DNA from: an uncultured Mucilaginibacter sp. | GTDB lineage: Bacteria > Bacteroidota > Bacteroidia > Sphingobacteriales > Sphingobacteriaceae | Length of the DNA stretch: 64,000 nt | NCBI GenBank assembly: GCA_964611565.1 | Contig: CAZTAU010000012.1 | Location: 25,000 to 88,999 of the forward strand | Reading direction: 5' to 3' | Shown here: positions 49,368-58,378 of the stretch, piece by piece | Numbering within the stretch: position 1 is the stretch's first letter | Layout of the letters: every line of letters begins with the position of its first letter | The notes under the pieces: model-generated | Told to the model about the DNA's origin: nothing | The model's database searches: none | What the model saw: the letters and a program-made list of their open reading frames with translations, nothing else | Position numbers and translations under genes: made by a program

Positions 49368-49726
49368 GACAGTTTGCCAATGAATTTAATATATGCATTC
49401 AGTTTAATATGAATGGTTTCTAGCTTTTGTAATAGCAATAAAGACTGTTCTTCAGCTATTAAGTTCCTTGCGTTTGCCTTTTTTATCCAGGTCTTAGTTT
49501 CAATGAGTGATCCTCGGCTGAAATAGCAAAAATTCTTATTTTCTTTATAATGAAACCTTCCAAAGCCTTCAGCAATATTAGCACTGATAGAATCAGCCGA
49601 CTTTACCAATTGTTTTCCTACTGTATCTTTTGCAAAATAATCCCAGTTAATTACAATAGACCATATCTCACCTGCAAATTCTTCCGATAGTGTGTATATT
49701 TCTAAATCTTCTAAACGATTACTCAT
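49358..49726 (-). CDS. Four helix bundle protein (23S rRNA intervening-sequence protein / TIGR02436 family)
   Basis: EDLEIY, QLVKSADSISANIAEGFGR and SRGSLIET motifs; 122 aa. Confidence 0.92.
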   Translation of the reverse strand: MSNRLEDLEIYTLSEEFAGEIWSIVINWDYFAKDTVGKQLVKSADSISANIAEGFGRFHYKENKNFCYFSRGSLIETKTWIKKANARNLIAEEQSLLLLQKLETIHIKLNAYIKFIGKLSND

Positions 49727-49743
49727 CTTTTATAATAAAAAAC

Positions 49744-49774
49744 TAATGACCAGTGACCAATGGCTAATGACCAA
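49744..49774. repeat. Tandem heptamer array in inverted orientation (YARTGRC x4)
   Basis: TAATGAC CAGTGAC CAATGGC TAATGAC CAA, reverse complement of the 49333-49367 array. Confidence 0.9.
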
Positions 49775-50575
49775 CTACCTACAATGCTCCCCGCCATCTA
49801 CGTGTATTACCGTTCCGTTTATCCAGGCGGCTTCTGGCGTACATAACAGGTATATCACATTGGCAACATCCTTCGGTTCGGTCATGCGCCCTAGGGGGTT
49901 CCTTTCAGCCGTTACTTCCAATAGCTTTTCGCTGCCGGGTATTCGTTTTAACGATGGTGTGGCCGTAATTCCTGCCTGTATCAAATTGGTTTTCAAACCA
50001 TATTTAGCCAGCTCCACCGCCATGTAAGTAACCAAACTCTCTAACGATGCTTTAGCTATAGATACTGCCGCGTACCCATCCCAATATTTATGCGATCCTT
50101 CGCTGGTTAACCCTACAATACGGGCATCGCTATTAAAAGCATCTGCGGCCAACAGTTGTCTTGTCCAATCCAGTAAACTGGTAGCCATAGCATAGGTAGT
50201 TAGCTGAATATCCGCAACACTTAAAGTATCATTATTGTTTTTAGATGCCAACGGTTTTAAATTGCCACGGGCAATAGAGTGCAATAATAGTTTTACACTG
50301 TTTTTTTTGCCTTGGGCAAACTGCTCAATAAATGAGGTACGTGCAACAGCATCCAACGCGTTTATATTATAAGGCTCAATGGTTACCTGGTTGGTTTTAG
50401 CCAATTGCGCAAGTTGCTCTTTAACGGTTCTTTCGGCTGCGGCTGTTTCACGGTATAGTACAGCTATGTTCATTCCATGTTGGGCGAGTTTTTCGGCTGT
50501 TGCCAGGCCAAACCCGCTTGAGCCGCCTAAAATAATGGCCCACTGACCCGTGAATAATTGATTATTGTTTTGCAT
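49775..50575 (-). CDS. Enoyl-ACP reductase-like SDR (FabL/FabI-like)
   Basis: LGGSSGFG, YAAVSIAK (YX6K), NPLGRMTEP and VDGGEH. Confidence 0.85.
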   Translation of the reverse strand: MQNNNQLFTGQWAIILGGSSGFGLATAEKLAQHGMNIAVLYRETAAAERTVKEQLAQLAKTNQVTIEPYNINALDAVARTSFIEQFAQGKKNSVKLLLHSIARGNLKPLASKNNNDTLSVADIQLTTYAMATSLLDWTRQLLAADAFNSDARIVGLTSEGSHKYWDGYAAVSIAKASLESLVTYMAVELAKYGLKTNLIQAGITATPSLKRIPGSEKLLEVTAERNPLGRMTEPKDVANVIYLLCTPEAAWINGTVIHVDGGEHCR

Positions 50576-50718
50576 CAATAGTATTTATCAGGTAATATAT
50601 AAAAAAACAAATTTACTTTAATGTTTTACCTAATAAACCACCGTGATATTTTCCTGTCGAATACGTCAGCGGGCAAATTAGACTGCTCGGTAAAAAAAAT
50701 TATATTTGTGTGCATACC

Positions 50719-51219
50719 ATGAAAGCTACTATGAGAATAAATATATTTTTCGCCCTTGTTATTTTCCTGTCAGGCGCAATGGCTTTTGGTAAAAGCACAG
50801 CCAAGTTTGACAAGGCCAGGTTTTACGAGGTTGTAAAAAATGGCGATAAACAAGGAATTGATGAACAATTGGCACTGGTTGTGGCATCAGATATCATAGA
50901 GAAGGATGCCTATGAAGGCTTTTTACTGATGCGTAAAGCGGGCATCACTGCCCGTCCGGCTGAAAAATTGAAGCTTTTTAAAGCCGGGCGCATAAAACTG
51001 GAAACCGCTTTGTTAAATGATAATACCAATGCCGAGTATCATTTTTTAAGATTGATTATTGAGGAAAAGGCGCCCAAAATAGTAAAGTATAATAAGGATA
51101 TGGAAGCGGATAGACAAATCGTTACCAAAGAATATAAAAATCTGCCAGCGGTAGTGCAACATGCTATTGCTGATTATGCTAAAACATCCAAAATATTAAA
51201 ACCGCAGGACCTTAATTAA
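50719..51219 (+). CDS. Secreted helical hypothetical protein
   Basis: Signal peptide; KLKLFKAGR.KLE...EYHFLRLIIEEKAPK; TATATTTG at 50701-50708. Confidence 0.7.
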   Translation: MKATMRINIFFALVIFLSGAMAFGKSTAKFDKARFYEVVKNGDKQGIDEQLALVVASDIIEKDAYEGFLLMRKAGITARPAEKLKLFKAGRIKLETALLNDNTNAEYHFLRLIIEEKAPKIVKYNKDMEADRQIVTKEYKNLPAVVQHAIADYAKTSKILKPQDLN

Positions 51220-51224
51220 GCCCG

Positions 51225-52124
51225 ATGAATAAAAAAATATTGGCTATTTACTATTCCCAGTCGGGCCAGTTGGGCGAGATCATAGATAATTTTACAGGCC
51301 CAATGGAAGCTGCCGGAGCAACTGTAGAAAAAGTGAGGGTAAGGTTGGTTGACGAACCAAAATTCCCATGGACCGCAGACACCTTTTTTAGTGTGATGCC
51401 CAATTGCCAGTTGGATGTGCCTGCCGAGCTGCACCCTTTTGAGCTTAAAGAAGAGAAATATGATTTAGTAGTACTGGGTTACCAGGCATGGTTTCTATCC
51501 CCCAGCATACCCTTTAATTCTTTAATGCAAAATGAAGAATTAAAAGCCGTATTAAAAGATACTCCTGTTATTACCGTAACCGGTGCACGCAATATGTGGT
51601 TAAACGCCTTTGTGAGGGTTAAAAAACTAATAAAATCGGCAGGAGCTAACCATGTAGGTAACATTGCTTTGGTAGATAAACACCCTAACCCGGTTAGCTT
51701 TGTTACCATATTTCATTGGATGCTGCATGGAAAAAAAGACAGATATCTAAACATTTTCCCCCCTCCGGGTGTTGCTGATGCGGATATAAAGAATACCAAA
51801 GTATTTGGCGAAACTGTAGTGCCGCATTTGCAAAGTAATAATTGGCAAGGTTTGCAGGACGAGTTAGACAGCCAGAAGGCGGTGGTACTGAATTATAACC
51901 TGATGGTGATTGAAGGTGTGGCGGGCAAAATATTCAGGCTATGGGCCAATATTATATCTAAAAAGAAGAATAAATTACCCTGGATAAGGGCATTTAAATA
52001 TTATTTATTAGTTGCTTTTTTTGTAGGCGCCCCTATTGTGGTTACATTGGATGCAATATTATTCAGGTTTACATCGCCTAAACGTATTAAGGCGCGTAAA
52101 CAACACTTTTTAAATTTAAACTAA
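51225..52124 (+). CDS. darA: Dialkylresorcinol condensing enzyme DarA
   Basis: KKILAIYYSQSGQL, YQAWFLSPSIP and GARNMW; directly upstream of a darB-like gene. Confidence 0.85.
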   Translation: MNKKILAIYYSQSGQLGEIIDNFTGPMEAAGATVEKVRVRLVDEPKFPWTADTFFSVMPNCQLDVPAELHPFELKEEKYDLVVLGYQAWFLSPSIPFNSLMQNEELKAVLKDTPVITVTGARNMWLNAFVRVKKLIKSAGANHVGNIALVDKHPNPVSFVTIFHWMLHGKKDRYLNIFPPPGVADADIKNTKVFGETVVPHLQSNNWQGLQDELDSQKAVVLNYNLMVIEGVAGKIFRLWANIISKKKNKLPWIRAFKYYLLVAFFVGAPIVVTLDAILFRFTSPKRIKARKQHFLNLN

Positions 52125-52127
52125 AGT

Positions 52128-53267
52128 ATGCCTGTTTATATTAACAAGACATCGAATTTTTTACCTAATGAGCCGGTTCCTAATGATGATATGGAACTTT
52201 ACTTGGGCTATATAAACGATAAACCATCCAAATCAAAAAACATTGTACTGCGTAATAATGCCATTAAGCAACGCTATTATGCTTTAACTAAAGGCGGCAA
52301 ACCAACGCATACCAACGCGCAAATGACTGCCGAGGCGGTACGCAATTTATTTAAAGCTGATCCGGAGCAGATAAAAACAATCGACCTGTTATCGTGCGGC
52401 ACCTCATCGCCCGACCAAATGATGCCATCGCACGGGGTGATGACCCACGGTTGGTTACCCGAAGCGGGTCCCATTGAAGTAGTGTCACCAGCCGGGGTAT
52501 GCTGCGCGGGTATGCATGCCTTAAAATATGCGTACATGGCCATCAAAACAGGTGATGCTAAACAAGCAGTAGCTACAGGCTCTGAAAGGTTTTCAGGTTT
52601 ATTGGTATCAGATGTATTTGAAGAGGAAGCACAAAAGCTAAAAGAATTAACAGAAAATCCTTACATCGCCTTCCATAAAGATTTTTTAAGGTGGATGTTG
52701 AGTGATGGTGCGTCGGCTTTTCTTATGTCCGACCAACCCAACCAGGATGGCATCAGTTTACAGGTAGAATGGATTGAAGGTGTATCTTACGCCAACGAGA
52801 TGGAAGCCTGTATGTATATGGGTGCCGATAAACAAAAGGATGGTACCTTAAAAGGCTTTATGGATTATACGCCTGAAGAGGTAATGACCAAATCTATATT
52901 CAGCGTTAAGCAGGATATTGGTTTGTTAAGCGATAATATTGTTCCGCTTGGCGGAAAAAAAATAAAAGAGATATTTGACCGCAAAGGGCTCACAGCAAAA
53001 GATATTGACCACTTTTTGCCGCATATCTCCAGCGATTTTTTCCGGCCTAAAATATATGAGTTGGTGGAGATATACGGTGGCGGCATCCCTTACGATAAAT
53101 GGTTTATTAACCTTTATACCGTGGGCAACGTTGGCGCGGCATCAGTGTATTTAATGGTAGATGAGCTGTTTACCAGTGGCCGTTTAAAAAAGGGTGAAAA
53201 GATACTATTGCTGGTGCCAGAAAGTTCGCGTTTCTCTTACATGTACGCGTTGCTAACGGTTTGTTAA
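52128..53267 (+). CDS. darB: DarB-type beta-ketoacyl-ACP synthase III
   Basis: FLPNEPV.NDDME.YLG, GVCCAG, FLRWMLSDGA and GNVGAAS...VPESSRF. Confidence 0.88.
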   Translation: MPVYINKTSNFLPNEPVPNDDMELYLGYINDKPSKSKNIVLRNNAIKQRYYALTKGGKPTHTNAQMTAEAVRNLFKADPEQIKTIDLLSCGTSSPDQMMPSHGVMTHGWLPEAGPIEVVSPAGVCCAGMHALKYAYMAIKTGDAKQAVATGSERFSGLLVSDVFEEEAQKLKELTENPYIAFHKDFLRWMLSDGASAFLMSDQPNQDGISLQVEWIEGVSYANEMEACMYMGADKQKDGTLKGFMDYTPEEVMTKSIFSVKQDIGLLSDNIVPLGGKKIKEIFDRKGLTAKDIDHFLPHISSDFFRPKIYELVEIYGGGIPYDKWFINLYTVGNVGAASVYLMVDELFTSGRLKKGEKILLLVPESSRFSYMYALLTVC

Positions 53268-53281
53268 TTCATCCCCACAAA

Positions 53282-53689
53282 ATGAAAAAGGAAGACGTTC
53301 CGCAGGATGTAAGCGCCTTGGGTAAAATTACCAAAGAGGTTTGCTATGCTACGGATAGCGAGGGTAAATACGTTACCGAACTAAGCAAGGGCTGGGACGT
53401 TAAAATTACAGCGCTGGATAAAGCCTGGGAAGATATTGAGCAACGTATTGAAATTGCGCGTCAAAAAGTGTTAAAAGGTGAGGCTAGTCCGCTTTTATTT
53501 TTTATCGAGAAGGGGATAATGGATATTAGCCTGCTGGCAGATTATACCGGGTTTTGGCAATGGCAAATCAAACGTCATCTAAAACCCGAGGTATTTAAAA
53601 ACTTATCTGATAAAAAGCTGCAGCGTTATGCCGAAGTGTTTAACGTAAGTGTGGATGATCTGAAAACCATGAAGGTGAATGGAGCTTAA
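53282..53689 (+). CDS. Conserved hypothetical protein of flexirubin clusters
   Basis: MKKEDVPQD...SKGWDVK...WQIKRHLKPEVF, with an HTH-like C-terminus. Confidence 0.75.
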   Translation: MKKEDVPQDVSALGKITKEVCYATDSEGKYVTELSKGWDVKITALDKAWEDIEQRIEIARQKVLKGEASPLLFFIEKGIMDISLLADYTGFWQWQIKRHLKPEVFKNLSDKKLQRYAEVFNVSVDDLKTMKVNGA

Positions 53690-54692
53690 TTTTAACCATA
53701 TACAAGCGGCGCACTGCGAAAACGGTGTTACCACCAGCTTGTTGCAACATATAGGCGTTCATCAAATTACCGAGCCGCTGGCCTTTGGCATTGGCGCGGG
53801 TTTGTTTTTTGTCTATATCCCCATCATTAAAATAAATAACGGGCCAGTAATTGCTTTTCGCACGCTGCCGGGCAATATATTTAACCGTACGTGCAAGGCG
53901 TTGGATATACCTGTTGTTCGCAAAAAATTCAGCTCGCGCGAAAAGGCCGAGGCTTTTTTACAGGACCAATTAAAAGAGGGCCGCCCGGTAGGTTGCCAGG
54001 TTGGAGTTTACTACCTAACCTATTTCCCAAAAGAGTATCGCTTCCATTTCAATGCACATAACCTGATAGTTTACGGCAAGGAAGAAGATAACTATCTGAT
54101 AAGCGATCCGGTTATGGAAACACCCACCACGCTAACCAGCTATGAACTGGAACGCGTGCGTTTTGCCAAAGGTGCATTAGCACCAAAAGGACAGTTGTAT
54201 TATCCGTTGGCAGGTAGAACCGTAACTGACGAACAAATTAAACAGGGTATTAAAACAGGCATAGCCAAAAGCATACAAAATATGCTGCACATCCCCGGGC
54301 CAATTGCCGGGATAAGCGGTATCAAATTTACTGCAAATCGGATCAAAAAATGGCGAGATAAGTTAGGGTTAAAGGATGCGGGTTTATATTTAGCGCAATT
54401 GGTACGTATGCAGGAAGAGATAGGCACCGGTGGTGGCGGTTTCCGCTATATATATGGGGCATTTTTGCAGGAAGCATATGCTTATCATCAAATGGATGAG
54501 TTGCTGGAGATATCTAACCTATTTACCCAGGCGGGCGACTTATGGCGCGCATCTGCCGTGCAGGCAGCAGGTATTTATAAAGGCCGTTTAGGCAGCCAGG
54601 AAGATTTTAACCAAATGGGTGATTATCTGCTTGAAATTGCCGAAATTGAAAAAAATGCTTTCACCCAGCTTAAAAATTTAAAATGGCGTTAA
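53679..54692 (+). CDS. BtrH N-terminal domain protein (papain-like fold, DUF4872)
   Basis: HCENG, FHFNAHN..VYG, ISDP and QEEIGTGGGGFR. Confidence 0.85.
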   Translation: MELNFNHIQAAHCENGVTTSLLQHIGVHQITEPLAFGIGAGLFFVYIPIIKINNGPVIAFRTLPGNIFNRTCKALDIPVVRKKFSSREKAEAFLQDQLKEGRPVGCQVGVYYLTYFPKEYRFHFNAHNLIVYGKEEDNYLISDPVMETPTTLTSYELERVRFAKGALAPKGQLYYPLAGRTVTDEQIKQGIKTGIAKSIQNMLHIPGPIAGISGIKFTANRIKKWRDKLGLKDAGLYLAQLVRMQEEIGTGGGGFRYIYGAFLQEAYAYHQMDELLEISNLFTQAGDLWRASAVQAAGIYKGRLGSQEDFNQMGDYLLEIAEIEKNAFTQLKNLKWR

Positions 54693-55438
54693 TGGAAACC
54701 TTTGCTATTGACATACAAAATTTAGGTTTCCGTTATCCCGGTAACGCGGACGTGTCTTTTACTAATTTGAACCTCCAGGTTAAAAAGGGAGAACGCTTTG
54801 GCCTGTTTGGCCCTAATGGAGCGGGTAAAACCACGCTGATGAATTTAATGACCGGGGTGTTGCAGGCTGATGAAGGCCGCATTACTTTATTGGGTCATCA
54901 GGTCGGTCAGCAAAAAAAGGAAGTCAACAAACTATTCGGGTTCGTGCCGCAGGATTTTTCATTTTACCAGGAACTATCTCCTGCCGAAAACCTGGAGTTT
55001 TTTGGTGCCTGGGCCGGGTTACATCAGCAGCAAATAATTCAACGTACAGACGAACTATTGACCATTTTGGGTTTGGCTGATGTACGGGATAAAGCAGTAG
55101 AAAAATTTTCGGGTGGCATGAAACGCCGGGTAAACCTGGCTATTGGCGTGATACATAATCCGCAGGTTTTATTTTTAGATGAGCCTACGGTTGGGGTAGA
55201 TGTACAAACCCGACACGCTATTATGAATTACCTGCGTACGCTGAATGATAATGGTACAACGCTGATATATACTTCGCACCAGTTAAGCGAAGCCGAGGAC
55301 TTATGCGAGCATATTGCCATGATAGATGACGGGCAGATCATCACCCAGGGCAATATTGATGAGGTGCTGAAGGAGCATAGCCAGGAATCGTTAGAGCAAT
55401 TATTTATCAACTTAACAGGCAAAGCCTACCGCGACTGA
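54692..55438 (+). CDS. ABC transporter ATP-binding protein
   Basis: GPNGAGKTT, FSGGMKRR and FLDEPTVGVD; TAATG overlap (alternative start 54683). Confidence 0.92.
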   Translation: METFAIDIQNLGFRYPGNADVSFTNLNLQVKKGERFGLFGPNGAGKTTLMNLMTGVLQADEGRITLLGHQVGQQKKEVNKLFGFVPQDFSFYQELSPAENLEFFGAWAGLHQQQIIQRTDELLTILGLADVRDKAVEKFSGGMKRRVNLAIGVIHNPQVLFLDEPTVGVDVQTRHAIMNYLRTLNDNGTTLIYTSHQLSEAEDLCEHIAMIDDGQIITQGNIDEVLKEHSQESLEQLFINLTGKAYRD

Positions 55439-56718
55439 TGTTCAAGCTTTGGGCCACCATACGAAAAGATGTGCGGGTATTGCTCCGCGATAAGGTTGGC
55501 ATAGCCCTGATGTTTGTGATGCCTATTATTTTGGTAGTGGTGGTAACCAGTATACAAAACAGTACGTTTCAACTGGTCAATAAAAACAGGTTGCCAATAG
55601 TAATTGCCAACCAGGATACCGGCCAATCAAGTAAGCAACTCCTAACCGCCATTGGTAAAATTGGAATGTTTAAAGTGACGGAGTTGCCTAAAAACAGTAA
55701 TCAAAAAGCAATTGCCGATGCCATGCACGCGCAGGATGCTATGCTGGGTATTACTATCCCCGCTAATTTTTCGGTAAGGGTTAAAGAGAAGGCCGATAAC
55801 GTATCGGGCAAAGCATTAACCAGTTTTGGGTTAGAAGGCGATACCACCAAAAAAACTGTAGGTAATGTTGAACCGCTGACTTTATATTATAATCCCATTT
55901 TACAGGAATCGTTACGCTTATCGGTTAAAGGAGCACTGCAAAGCGCATTGCAAATGGTAGAGAGCCGTGAGACCTTGCGTACTTTATATTTCGCGTTGAA
56001 TGAAACAGAATTACCGGCAGATATGGAAAAAGATATGCTGGATAACCGCACGGTTATCAATGAAGAACCGGTATCTAAAGATGGTACGCGCCAAACACCA
56101 AACGCTACCCAACACAATGTGCCGGCATGGACCATATTTGCTATGTTCTTTGTCATCATGTCGCTTGGTGGAAGCGTGGTAAGGGAAAAGGTAAGCGGCA
56201 GTTTTATCCGCTTAAAAACATTGCCCACCAATTACGCGGTAGGGTTGCTATCCAAACAGTTCACCTATTTAGGCGTGACCATGATACAGGCCGCGGTTAT
56301 ATTTGGGATAGGAATGTTCCTGTTCCCTTTTATTGGATTGCCGGCGTTAAATTTACCTGCTGATCTATCGGCATTAACAATAACTACTGTAATTTGTGGT
56401 TGGTGCGCGGTAAGCTATGCTATTTGTGTAGGCGTATTTTCGCAAACGCAGGAGCAGGCTAATGGCTTTGGCGCAGTATCTATTGTGATACTAGCTGCTG
56501 TAGGCGGATTAATGGTGCCTAGCTTTGCTATGCAGGGTACGTTTAAATCGGCAGCCAACCTATCGCCTATGCATTGGTGTTTAGAGGCGTACTATTCATT
56601 GTTTTTACAAGGCGGAAAATTAGCCGATGTTATGAACAACTTAATACCTTTGTTTGCTATTACTTTAGCGATACAGTTTATTACCTATTTAGGACTAAAA
56701 AGAAAGAATTTAATATAA
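55438..56718 (+). CDS. ABC-2 transporter permease
   Basis: LMFVMP, QHNVPAWTIFAMFF and SPMHW. Confidence 0.9.
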   Translation: MFKLWATIRKDVRVLLRDKVGIALMFVMPIILVVVVTSIQNSTFQLVNKNRLPIVIANQDTGQSSKQLLTAIGKIGMFKVTELPKNSNQKAIADAMHAQDAMLGITIPANFSVRVKEKADNVSGKALTSFGLEGDTTKKTVGNVEPLTLYYNPILQESLRLSVKGALQSALQMVESRETLRTLYFALNETELPADMEKDMLDNRTVINEEPVSKDGTRQTPNATQHNVPAWTIFAMFFVIMSLGGSVVREKVSGSFIRLKTLPTNYAVGLLSKQFTYLGVTMIQAAVIFGIGMFLFPFIGLPALNLPADLSALTITTVICGWCAVSYAICVGVFSQTQEQANGFGAVSIVILAAVGGLMVPSFAMQGTFKSAANLSPMHWCLEAYYSLFLQGGKLADVMNNLIPLFAITLAIQFITYLGLKRKNLI

Positions 56719-56978
56719 TGGAAACAGCCGAATTAAAAGAGCAACTAAAAAAGCAGATCATACAGTTTTTAAACCTAACTGATTTAACCCCTGCTGATAT
56801 AAAAGACGATGAGCCATTATTTGGTGATGGCTTAGGGCTGGATTCTATTGATTCATTAGAGCTGATCGTATTGCTAAAAAAAGAGTACGGCATAAGCATT
56901 AACGACCCTAAAGAGGGCCGTAAAGCCTTAACAGACGTAAATACGATGGCTGCTTATATTGAAGCAAACAGGAAATAA
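56718..56978 (+). CDS. Acyl carrier protein (aryl polyene type)
   Basis: PLFGDGLGLDSIDSLEL; ATG 56718 overlaps the permease stop (TAATG). Confidence 0.92.
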   Translation: METAELKEQLKKQIIQFLNLTDLTPADIKDDEPLFGDGLGLDSIDSLELIVLLKKEYGISINDPKEGRKALTDVNTMAAYIEANRK

Positions 56979-56984
56979 ATAGGT

Positions 56985-57875
56985 TTATTTCTTAGCCAAC
57001 GTATACTTACCCCACAAATCAGTAGGGAACATCATGTCCTGTAGGTTGATGCTATCGGCCGGTCTGGTACTGCCGGGACCGGCACTAAAACCACCGCTTC
57101 CGCCAATATTACCGGCTACGGGAACAACCCGGGCATCCCTGGTATATTCATTAGGTGTCGGTTGAGGTATTCCGCTACCACCTCCCCCCATAGGAGTAGG
57201 TATTGGATTAAGGCTATTGCCTCCGATGCCATTCAATTTAATATTATAAGCAAATGCTGTTCCGTCAGTAAGGTGCAAATATTTTAAGGGCACAGCTAAC
57301 TCATAGGTTAAATTACCTTTTTCATCATAATTTATAAGCCCTTTAAAGCCATGCTCGTTATATATGGAAATCAGGCTGTCCTTTATTTCTTTAACACCTT
57401 TTATTTTTATTTCTTTAGCGGCTTCTATAGCTGTTTTTCTAACCTGGGCAACCAAAGCAGGATCAAGTTCTTCATTTGGCCTGCCTGCATACCCCTCTTG
57501 CCTAACCGTTGGCGCTACCAAACTGCTTAAGCTGGCTATGTTTGAAGTTGGGAAAGTAATTATTACAGCGTTGTCGTCACTTTTTTTACCGGCAGCATTA
57601 ATAGTTAAATTAAGGCCGCCCGCCACTAATTTATTGGCCGAAAAGGTTTTTGCTGATTTAATAACCAAGTATAAATTCTTGTCATCATTTGACAAAGTAT
57701 AATAAAGCTGTGTGGTTTTATTCATCGACTGGAAACTATCGTTCCATTCGGTTAGTTTACCATCAACTTTAATATTTTCAGGTGCCCAAACAGCAGTTTC
57801 TTGTATGTTGGTTGTTTTTTGCGCGTAAGCGGATATACTTAAACCTGCAAGTAGTAAAATAAGGGTAGTTTTCAT
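56985..57875 (-). CDS. Secreted hypothetical protein (CBM9-like fold)
   Basis: Signal peptide; IKVDGKLTEW, NDDKNLYL and YELAVPLK. Confidence 0.65.
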   Translation of the reverse strand: MKTTLILLLAGLSISAYAQKTTNIQETAVWAPENIKVDGKLTEWNDSFQSMNKTTQLYYTLSNDDKNLYLVIKSAKTFSANKLVAGGLNLTINAAGKKSDDNAVIITFPTSNIASLSSLVAPTVRQEGYAGRPNEELDPALVAQVRKTAIEAAKEIKIKGVKEIKDSLISIYNEHGFKGLINYDEKGNLTYELAVPLKYLHLTDGTAFAYNIKLNGIGGNSLNPIPTPMGGGGSGIPQPTPNEYTRDARVVPVAGNIGGSGGFSAGPGSTRPADSINLQDMMFPTDLWGKYTLAKK

Positions 57876-58006
57876 AAGGTTGATTTTAGGTTGTTATATT
57901 AATAGGGTTAATAACTACAAATTATAAAAATTTGTCATTAAAGTAAATAGTAGTTAGACAAGTTTTTACAATCCGGTTTAACCCTAAAGTCAACGTATCA
58001 TTTATT

Positions 58007-58378
58007 TTACAATGGTGGTGATCCGTATATCCCCTGAAATTTAAAATAAATCACACCCTCAGCTATCAGATCGCCATTTACTTTTACTTGGTCCTCCTCA
58101 ATGATGTAAGCTAATTGCAACTGTATATTAGTGATCACCTGTGGGGTTATTAATTCCAGGAATTTTAAATTATTGGCAATTTTTAATTGTATCTTTTTAT
58201 CGAGTCGTTTTTCTAAAACATCTTTTACCAATTGTACCATGCAGGCTCCGGGTACAACAGGCTGATCAGGGAAGTGCCCGGTAAATATCTCGTGGTTAAC
58301 ATCTATTTCTAAAGCAGCACTAATTAGCCCTTCGGTGCTATTGATGGATGATATTTTAAAAATAGGATCGGTTAACAT
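58007..58378 (-). CDS. FabA/FabZ-like dehydratase (ApeI-like)
   Basis: HEIFTGHFPDQPVVPGACM and LKFL. Confidence 0.88.
   Translation of the reverse strand: MLTDPIFKISSINSTEGLISAALEIDVNHEIFTGHFPDQPVVPGACMVQLVKDVLEKRLDKKIQLKIANNLKFLELITPQVITNIQLQLAYIIEEDQVKVNGDLIAEGVIYFKFQGIYGSPPL

Noticed and set aside
49333-49774. Heptamer arrays as a CRISPR array, or the gene as part of a DGR
   Set aside because: No spacers or cas genes; no reverse transcriptase or template/variable repeat pair visible.
49692-50027. 111-aa + strand ORF crossing the repeat array
   Set aside because: Antisense to two well-supported genes, with no recognisable motif.
56574-56717. N-terminal extension of the ACP in the ORF track
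   Set aside because: Overlaps the permease; the TAATG-coupled ATG at 56718 gives a normal 86-aa ACP.
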